The position numbers were made by a program, and so were the translations under genes. A model generated the notes under the pieces. That model was not told where the DNA came from. It ran no database searches and saw only the letters and a list, made by a program, of their open reading frames with translations. From Macrostomum lignano (Eukaryota), in assembly GCA_002269645.1 (NCBI GenBank), contig NIVC01001450.1, positions 124,001 to 188,000 of the forward strand: 64,000 nucleotides of DNA, given 5' to 3'. Positions 55,693-64,000 of the stretch are shown here, in pieces. Positions within the stretch are counted from its first letter, which is position 1, and each line of letters begins with the position of its first letter.

Positions 55693-57360
55693 ATGAGCAT
55701 CTTCTCAAGGAAGTCGCGCGCTGCGGAGCCTCCGCCTCAGCCGCACGGCCGGGCGGTCACGCAGCCGCTGGCCATCCGGGTCGGCCCGGCCAGCCGCCCG
55801 CAGTCCGGCCACATCGGCGGCTACTCGGCCACCATCGCGGCTGCCGCATCCTGGCGGCCCGGCTGCGACGCCGGCGGCTCCGTGGCGCTGCGCAGGCGGC
55901 CGCAGCTGGTGACCCCCTGCCCCGCGCATGGCAGCTACGGCCTCAGCCCCAGGAAGCCGCCGCCACCACCGGCTGGCGTGGCGCCGCGGGCCGACTTCTA
56001 CGGCAGCTACTTTTACCCCGGCCAGGACGACCGGCGGAGCAGCGCCGGCTCCCAGCGGTTCGCCACGGTGGCCAACCGGCTGTCCTTCGCTTTCGAGGTC
56101 GGCTCGCTGCCGCAGCTAGTCACCAACCTGCCGGCGGACGCCGCCCAGCCGCCCGACCATCCGATCCCGACGCCGCCGCCGACGCCGCCGGTCCGGCCGG
56201 CTGCCGATCATCAGTCGCGGGCGTCGCAGCTGTCCGAGACTCCGATTAAGAACAGCTGGAGCCGGGAGCAGCAGGAGCAACAGCAGCAGCAGCAGCAGCA
56301 GCAGAGCGTCCCCGGAGCCATCGGCAGCCTGACCTCAATCGTGCAGTTCATGCGCCGCACCAACAGCACCTGCAGCGCGGACTCGCAGTTCAAGGTCACC
56401 CTGCGCAAGAGCCGCAGCCGGAGCCGGCGGTCACGTGACCTGCCCAGGCTGCGCTTCCTGCCGGCGCTGTCGCGGTCGCCGAGCTCCTCCGGGCGCGGCT
56501 ACGAGGTGATCGACAGCCACCCGACCGTGCTGTACCGGCCGCGCTACTTCGCCCAGCGCCGCTCCCTTGTCGAAGGGCTGGAGAAGCTGCACCTGTTCGG
56601 CGAGCTGGACCCCGAGGACGGTCTGGATCTCCTGGACGATCCCAGCGAACGGCGTGGCAGCCGGCGGCGTCGGCAACGTCGGGACTCGTGTCCGAGCAAA
56701 CTGTTGGGCGGCGACGGCGCCGACGACTTCGGCCGGAGCGCCTCCGACCACGGCAACGCCAGCCAGCCGCGGCGCATCGGCGAGGTGCGCCAGGAGGCCA
56801 GCCTGCGGCGCCGCTGCCGCACCTTCTCGCGGCCGCGGGACGGCCCGCTGCCGAAGAGCCCCCTGCCGGTGCCGCGCCGGGACCGCAGCCAGCACGCCTT
56901 CTACTTCTTCCACGTGCGCACGTGGAACCTGGCGCAGACCGAGTCGTTTCTGTTCGACACCATCGTGACGCTGCTGGCCAGGCGGCACTCCTGCACCCTG
57001 CGGCTGCTGCCACAGGAGGAGGCGCAGGACCTGCCGGACGGACTGCGCCGCGTGGAGGTGGCCGGCCCGAGCCTGAAGGACATCAAGCGGTTTCTGTACT
57101 ACCTGACCACCAGCGAGGAGACGGTGAGCCTGCAGCGCCAGATACAGGAGCGGTACACCCTGAGCCGCGGCCTGACCGGCCACCTGGGAGGCGTCGACGT
57201 CAACGGAGGAGGAACAGGAGGACCTTCGCCGGCCTTCAGCGCGCGGCTGTGGCGAGCGAATTCGGTGTCGGCGACAACCGAAGCGGCTACGGATGTCCGG
57301 CTGAGGCAGGCGGCGGGGTCTGCGGGCGGATCGCGGAGTCGGGTGAACGGCTGCGACTGA
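55693..57360 (+). CDS. Probable host gene, 555 aa, low-complexity N-terminus with polyQ and a compact C-terminal domain; function unknown
   Basis: Long ORF with GC-rich third positions, good ATG context (TCGCCATGA), no TE motifs, possible splice donor GTGAGT just after the stop. Confidence 0.7.
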   Translation: MSIFSRKSRAAEPPPQPHGRAVTQPLAIRVGPASRPQSGHIGGYSATIAAAASWRPGCDAGGSVALRRRPQLVTPCPAHGSYGLSPRKPPPPPAGVAPRADFYGSYFYPGQDDRRSSAGSQRFATVANRLSFAFEVGSLPQLVTNLPADAAQPPDHPIPTPPPTPPVRPAADHQSRASQLSETPIKNSWSREQQEQQQQQQQQQSVPGAIGSLTSIVQFMRRTNSTCSADSQFKVTLRKSRSRSRRSRDLPRLRFLPALSRSPSSSGRGYEVIDSHPTVLYRPRYFAQRRSLVEGLEKLHLFGELDPEDGLDLLDDPSERRGSRRRRQRRDSCPSKLLGGDGADDFGRSASDHGNASQPRRIGEVRQEASLRRRCRTFSRPRDGPLPKSPLPVPRRDRSQHAFYFFHVRTWNLAQTESFLFDTIVTLLARRHSCTLRLLPQEEAQDLPDGLRRVEVAGPSLKDIKRFLYYLTTSEETVSLQRQIQERYTLSRGLTGHLGGVDVNGGGTGGPSPAFSARLWRANSVSATTEAATDVRLRQAAGSAGGSRSRVNGCD

Positions 57361-59549
57361 CCAATCGGTGAGTCTCCCGCGGCCCGCTAAGGCCCCTTCG
57401 GCTAGAAAACTGACTGAGAGTCATTCTTCTCACAGAGCTGTCAGGGTGTACAGCTCGGCCTTGGGGAGACTCAGACCGCACGGACGTGAACTGCACCACA
57501 AGCAACTGCAGGCCAATTTTGAGCACGAGCTACAGATGAATTGCTGATTGCATGTTAATTACTGCTGAGCTTCTCTGCTTCAAGTTTAGCTTTCAAATTG
57601 ATCATTTTATGGACTAGGTAGGGTCAGTTTTAAGGGCTTCATCAAGTCTCAAGCTTTACTTATTAAAGCAAGAGATTGGCTCAGCTTTGACCTGTTGACA
57701 GGGGATTTGAGCTGTACGAATTAGCTGGAGTGAGCACAGCAGTGGGGCCGGATTACCAAGCTGAGCAGGGAGATGCTGCCCCCGCATGCGCTGAGGGGAA
57801 GATGAGGCAAGAGGAGCAGCAGCTCACCGAAATCTCCCCCTGCCACGCGTGAGCTCCCCAGCCTCTCCCGGCCATCTCCATCGTTGCGTGTCCGGCAGTC
57901 TCAATCAGATGTACATGGATTGTCACATGCTCTCTCAGTGTGTACGCTCCGGCTGCCTGCACTTTTGCAGTCTGCGTCTACCCCCCCCCCCTTGTATTCT
58001 CCTTCTCGTCTCCAGTGCGTCTCGCGCCGCTGTAACCCAATCGCTAATCCGCTGGGCTCTTACCGACGACCCGGGCCTCTTCTTTGATGCTTTTCCCCGA
58101 GGAAAATTGCTTACCGCGCTGTGCTCCCCCTCTTGACCGGGGGATCTGCACTGAAGCTTTGCTTATAATATCGCCGCCAATGTTTCTACACAAGAAGAAG
58201 TATTTTTTCCATCTTCAACTCCGATTCACAGATCTGTCAATGCAGCCCCAGTGTTTGTTTGCAATTCCGTTTCGTTGTAAATCATAAATTTCATTTTTTC
58301 ACAAAATTCATATAAAATTCATTTTCTTAAAAAAGCAACTGTCGCATACGAGTACTATGTTGAACGCTTCCCTGTGTACTTTGTTAAACATCAAATCTTT
58401 TTCGTGTAAGTCTTCTGGCATAGCTACTGACTATTTAGTAAACTTGTTTACGTGTTTCATCGTGCAATGTACTTATTTGTGTGCAATGTACACTTCACCG
58501 TAAGCTGCGATAAGCCTGTGATTCCTGTAAATCTGTTCGGATAGAAGCTAGCTTCAATCCATATAATAAAAATGGATTTTTCCCGGCAATAAACTGCAGA
58601 GAACCAAATGCGGTCCGTATTTGGAAATGTACTTTTCGTCAAATTGATTTCTTATTCGCCTTCGGTTGGTTCGTCTAGGAAAAAAAATTGTTCGCACTTT
58701 TCCCCACTTTTGCTTGACGCACGTGATAAAAAAATTGGACTGCCGCAGTGCCTGCAGGCAATCAATATTTCTGTGCAGCCATCAGCAAATTCCGCTAATT
58801 GCATGCCATTCAGCCCATTTACAAGGCGGCTGAGGCCCCAAACCTGTGATATCACAGCCAGACTGAATTGAACTGGGAAAGAAGTCGCTACAATGGGAGC
58901 TGTTCCTGGAAAACTCCACCAATCAACCCAACACTGCTAATACTTGCCCCCCCCCCCGCCGATTCTGCGGATTGAGGTAACCCTTCCCGCACACGCAACG
59001 CTCAGACGTACCTGCACACGAAACCGTGTATTTGATTTCTCGCATGCAGTGGATTTTGTTCAGTGCATTTTCGACTTGAAGGTTATTTTATTGAAAGATT
59101 GACGACGCAGCCTGCAGCAGCACTTTCCGGGGACAGTCGCTAATGACTCACCCACTCCTCCGTTGAGCAAGCAGGAAGGGCCACAAAGCGCCTTCTCCGA
59201 GTCCGCATCCGTTGATGATGCAATCCTTTAGTCCCCCTGCTGCAGCAGCTGCTGCTGAGCCGGGCAAAATCCGAGGTACGGAGAGGCGCGGGGCGAGTTG
59301 AGTGCCACTCAAAACGAAGATGGCGCCACTTACGCAGGCTCCGCCCCCAGACTCCAGATTCAGGTCTTGAACATCTTAAGCCTGGGAGGATGCAGGATAA
59401 AGCCCTTTGCAGATCCCATTCTCCCAGTGCAGGCCTACGCTTTTTATTGAGCTCTCGATGACGAGTCTCGCTCTCTGGGATTCTGTTTTCCCCACAATGA
59501 AACCTGCTGCTGCTGCTGCTGCTGCATACCAACCCCACATCTTGCTTGT

Positions 59550-59945
59550 GCCTCTCTTCTATCTTTCCTGTCTCCCCTCTCTTCTCTCCCTCTCCTGTCT
59601 CCCCTCTCTTCTCTCCCTCTCCTGTCTCCCCTCTCTTCTCTCCCTCTCCTGTCTCCCCTCTCTTCTCTCCCTCTCCTGTCTCCCTTCTCTTCTCTCCCTC
59701 TCCTGTCTCCCTTCTCTTCTCTCCCTCTCCTGTCTCCCCTCTCTTCTCTCCCTCTCCTGTCTCCCCTCTCTTCTCTCCCTCTCTTGTCTCCCCTCTCTTC
59801 TCTCCCTCTCATCTCTCCCTCTCTTCTCCATCTCCTGTCTCCTCTCTTCTATCTTTCCTGTCTCCCCTCTCTTCTCACAAATCTCTCTCTTCTCCTCTCT
59901 TCTCACATCTCTCCTGTCTCCCCTCTCTTCTCCATCTCTCCCGCA
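59550..59945. repeat. 27-bp pyrimidine-rich minisatellite
   Basis: CTCCTGTCTCCCCTCTCTTCTCTCCCT units. Confidence 0.9.
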
Positions 59946-60469
59946 TCCCAGATCTCTTCTAATCTCCACTTTCTCAGCGCCTCTCCCAGTTCCGCCCTGA
60001 GCCTCCGCATCCCAGACACTCCGGCCTGGCTAGCACAAAAACACGCAAATCCATAGCCAGCCAGATCCGCTTTGCTTTATCACCAGTGTGCCGAAAACTC
60101 CCAAGCGTCTTTCGGGCTATGATTTATGATCCCCTGTTGCTTTTAATACACTATAATAATGTGAGAGGTCAGTCAGGGTCAATCCATGCCCCACCTTGCG
60201 GCACCGCACGGGCAAGTGTTGATTAGCCTGGCGGGCTTGCCTTAGTAATTAATGAAGATGCAACTCTTCAGGTGTACAATAAGCCGATAGCACTTTCTCT
60301 CCTGCAGTTTCACCGCCTAATATCCCTTCATCCCAAGCAACAGCCTGGCAACCAATATGATTCATCGGTGATGACTTGTACCGGGCTGAAGCTGGGAAGC
60401 TACTCGTATAAAAAGGTAAAAAGGCAATTGTGGAAAATACAGAAATTTAGGGTTGTACCGATGGACACC

Positions 60470-61055
60470 GATTGATTGAGTCCTGTCCCAGTACCGATTG
60501 ATTGAGTCCTGTCCCAGTACCGATTGATTGAGGCCTGTCCCAGTACCAATTGTTTGAGGCCTGTCCCAGTACCGATTGATTGAGGCCTGTCCCAGTACCA
60601 ATTGTTTAAGGCCTGTCCCAGTACCGATTGATTGAGGCCTGTCCCAGTACCAATTGTTTGAGGCCTGTCCCAGTACCGATTGATTGAGGCCTGTCCCAGT
60701 ACCAATTGTTTGAGGCCTGTCCCAGTACCGATTGATTGAGGCCTGTCCCAGTACCAATTGTTTGAGGCCTGTCCCAGTACCGATTGATTGAGGCCTGTCC
60801 CAGTACCGACTGATTGAGGCCTGTCCCAGTACCGACTGATTGAGGCCTGTCCCAGTACCGACTGATTGAGGCCTGTCCCAGTACCGACTGATTGAGGCCT
60901 GTCCCAGTACCGATTGATCGAGGCCTGTCCCAGTATCGATTGATTGAGGCCTGTCCCAGTACCGACTGATTGAGGCCTGTCCCAGTACCGACTGATTGAG
61001 GCCTGTCCCAGTACCGACTGATTGAGGCCTGTCCCAGTACCGATTGATCGAGGCC
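60470..61055. repeat. 26-bp minisatellite
   Basis: CGATTGATTGAGGCCTGTCCCAGTAC with variants in blocks. Confidence 0.95.
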
Positions 61056-61847
61056 TTCCCAAACACATGTCGAGTGCGATTGTTACCTGCATTCACAGAC
61101 AAACCTTCTCAAATCCAAGCCTCCACTAACACGCATTTGCTCATTGCTCATACTCATTAGCTCATTGCTCATACGCATTAGCTCATTGCTCATACTCATT
61201 AGCTCATTGCTCATAGTCCAACACTCGTACGTGCAGCTCTCCTCAGTTGACCAACTCAACCAAGCCTCAAGCAGTCATGACACTCCGGTTTTGGCACACC
61301 CGACCATGTTCAAATCTCTGGCGGCAGCAGCGCTAGGAGATTATCCCCAATCCCCTCGCCTGTCATCGCCCGTCAGCGAAATCCCCCCGCCAGGGCCTCC
61401 GCCCCTGTGGCTGTGGCAGGGGTCCAGCGATGACCGGCACCCCATCTACACCAGCAGCAGCCGCAGAAGCAGCAGATTTTGCAGCCCTTTTTATCTTTGC
61501 CGGCAAATCTCTTGGCATTATGGCTCTGGCTAAGCCTCTCCTCTCTTCTCCTAGAAGCGGCCCCCATTGAACTGATTACGTAACAATGCAAGTCGCTGCT
61601 GGGGGCTGTCTGTCACTGCCCGTCTGTCTGTCTGTCTTGCGGTTTAAAAAGCCCAAATCCCAAAAACACGCGCAACAAGTTCCAAAATATGTCTGAAAGC
61701 GCCTCTCATTATTGTAGCTGCGAGATGGCTGTGGTTCACTGGCTTGCTGTCAGTAACTGAGGTGGGCAACCGGCGCCCCCCGCCCCATGCTGACCCCTTG
61801 GCTTGCGGTAAAACTAGAATAATGGTTTGGATTCACTGGCAATATTG

Positions 61848-62555
61848 AGATCAGAGATCGGAGATCAGAGATCGGAGATCAGAGATCGGAGATCAGAGAT
61901 CGGAGATCAGAGATCGGAGATCAGAGATCGGAGATCAGAGATCGGAGATCAGAGATCGGAGATCAGAGATCGGAGATCAGAGATCGGAGATCAGAGATCG
62001 GAGATCAGAGATCAGAGATCAGAGATCAGAGATCGGAGATCAGAGATCGGAGATCGGAGATCAGAGATCGGAGATCAGAGATCGGAGATCAGAGATCGGA
62101 GATCAGAGATCGGAGATCAGAGATCGGAGATCAGAGATCGGAGATCAGAGATCGGAGATCAGAGATCGGAGATCGGAGATCAGAGATCGGAGATCAGAGA
62201 TCGGAGATCAGAGATCGGAGATCAGAGATCGGAGATCAGAGATCGGAGATCAGAGATCGGAGATCAGAGATCGGAGATCGGAGATCAGAGATCGGAGATC
62301 AGAGATCGGAGATCAGAGATCGGAGATCAGAGATCGGAGATCAGAGATCGGAGATCAGAGATCGGAGATCAGAGATCGGAGATCAGAGATCGGAGATCAG
62401 AGATCGGAGATCAGAGATCGGAGATCAGAGATCGGAGATCAGAGATCGGAGATCAGAGATCGGAGATCAGAGATCGGAGATCAGAGATCGGAGATCAGAG
62501 ATCGGAGATCAGAGATCGGAGATCAGAGATCGGAGATCAGAGATCGGAGATCAGA
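61848..62555. repeat. 14-bp (GAGATCG-GAGATCA)n satellite
   Basis: Direct reading; two alternating 7-mers. Confidence 0.97.
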
Positions 62556-63294
62556 GTCCAGCAGGTTGCAATTCCAATTGATCACATGAAGCTGCTCAAC
62601 GCCTCATCAGTGTACCCAGCTTCCCGAACAGCGTCATCATTAGCAGCCGCAGCTCCCGTGCACCGTGGCCACTGAGGTCAGCGGCAATCGTGGATTACGC
62701 AATCGCGTCCTGCCCCGTCTCAATTTCTTTTTTTTCTTGCCACTGCCGTCGCGGCGCAGCTCAAAGCGATGGCGTGACCGGCGGCAATTACGGCGGGCTC
62801 GGGCCGGGCATCGATTGCGAGGCTGGTCGCTCCCTGGCTGCTCAGTATCGCTGCAGCATCCATGATGTTGGGTGGACTGCGGGTGATTTTGTAGCCTTGT
62901 GTCCATTCACAGATCAGCGTTTGATTTCGGTTTTTTTATTCCGCCTCAGAGATGGACACAGAGGGCGATAGACTGCGGAAGACAGCTGGGAGAATGGGAG
63001 AGCTAGGTGAGGCAGCGCTGGATTCTACCGCTGTACTTATGACTAAGTGACTAGCTGATTGACTATTGAAATATTGACTGTACATCCAGTGTACCCACCA
63101 CCCCGATTTCGTACCCCGTGCGCCCCGCCACCCCAATGCGTTAATAGTTATATATTGAGCTTCGTTTGTGTTAGCATCGTTTATGATTAATATATCGAGA
63201 CTGAGACATCGTTCATTTACAATACCAAATCATCGTGTTGCTCAGTTGAACTCTTAATTAAACGACGCGACACTAGGAAAAAAAGTGAAGAGAC

Positions 63295-63740
63295 GGTAGG
63301 AGAGTGGAAAGAGTGGGGAGAGAGAAAAGAGTGGGGAGAGTGAAAAGAGTGGGGAGAGTGAAAAGAGTGGGGAGAGTGAAAAGAGTGGGGAGAGTGAAAA
63401 GAGTGGGGAGAGTGAAAAGAGTGGGGAGAGTGAAAAGAGTGAGGAGAGTGAAAAGAGTGGGGAGAGTGAAAAGAGTGGGGAGAGTGAAAAGAGTGAGGAG
63501 AGTGAAAAGAGTGGGGAGAGTGAAAAGAGTGGGGAGAGTGAAAAGAGTGAGGAGAGTGAAAAGAGTGAGGAGAGTGAAAAGAGTGAGGAGAGTGAAAAGA
63601 GTGGGGAGAGTGAAAAAAGTGAGGAGAGTGAAAAGAGTGGGGAGAGAGAAAAGAGTGGGGAGAGTGAAAAGAGTGGGGAGAGTGAAAAGAGTGGGGAGAG
63701 TGAAAAGAGTGGGGAGAGTGAAAAGAGTGGGGAGAGTAAA
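63295..63740. repeat. 18-bp minisatellite (GAGAGTGAAAAGAGTGGG)
   Basis: Direct reading. Confidence 0.95.
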
Positions 63741-64000
63741 AGGTAACAGCCTGAGCGTGCGGAACTTTCTAGGAAATCGATGGACCTTCAGCGCCGCAGC
63801 CGCCACAGCCTCGGCACGCAGCTGATGGCTGGCCAAAAGGTCAGTCGAGTTCAAAGCAGTCCGGGGGGTGAACAGTTTCCCTAATAAATTTTACTGAGTG
63901 AAGTTTTTTCAGCAGAAGGCCGACACGGGGGTGACCTGGGGACACGCGGCTTGCGGCTCACAACAGCAACTTTGGATAATTTCTGCCAGCTCTGAACAAG

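Overview
Eukaryotic, repeat-saturated invertebrate DNA: GT-AG introns and abundant (TCTG)n/(GATA)n microsatellites. The style is reminiscent of a flatworm such as Macrostomum, but I cannot verify the species. 1-45 kb is a stack of transposons. (i) The 5' half of a Gypsy LTR element (minus strand) whose -1 frameshifted Pol frame, missing from the ORF track, encodes a cold-shock-domain-like module and a coiled coil ahead of the protease. (ii) A full-length APE/RT/RNase H LINE of R1/LOA type with a 14-bp TSD. (iii) A patchwork of an EnSpm transposase remnant, a Gypsy pol fragment and a Polinton protein-primed PolB fragment carrying two spliceosomal introns. (iv) A complete Mag-like Gypsy element with LTRs and a 5-bp TSD. 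(v) A 15.4-kb TIR-bounded EnSpm/CACTA unit containing its transposase, a DUF4806-like gene, a THAP/P-element transposase, a Tc1 remnant and a 56-bp satellite. 45-64 kb is mostly micro- and minisatellites around one probable 555-aa host gene. All domain calls are by motif recognition; no database searches were run.
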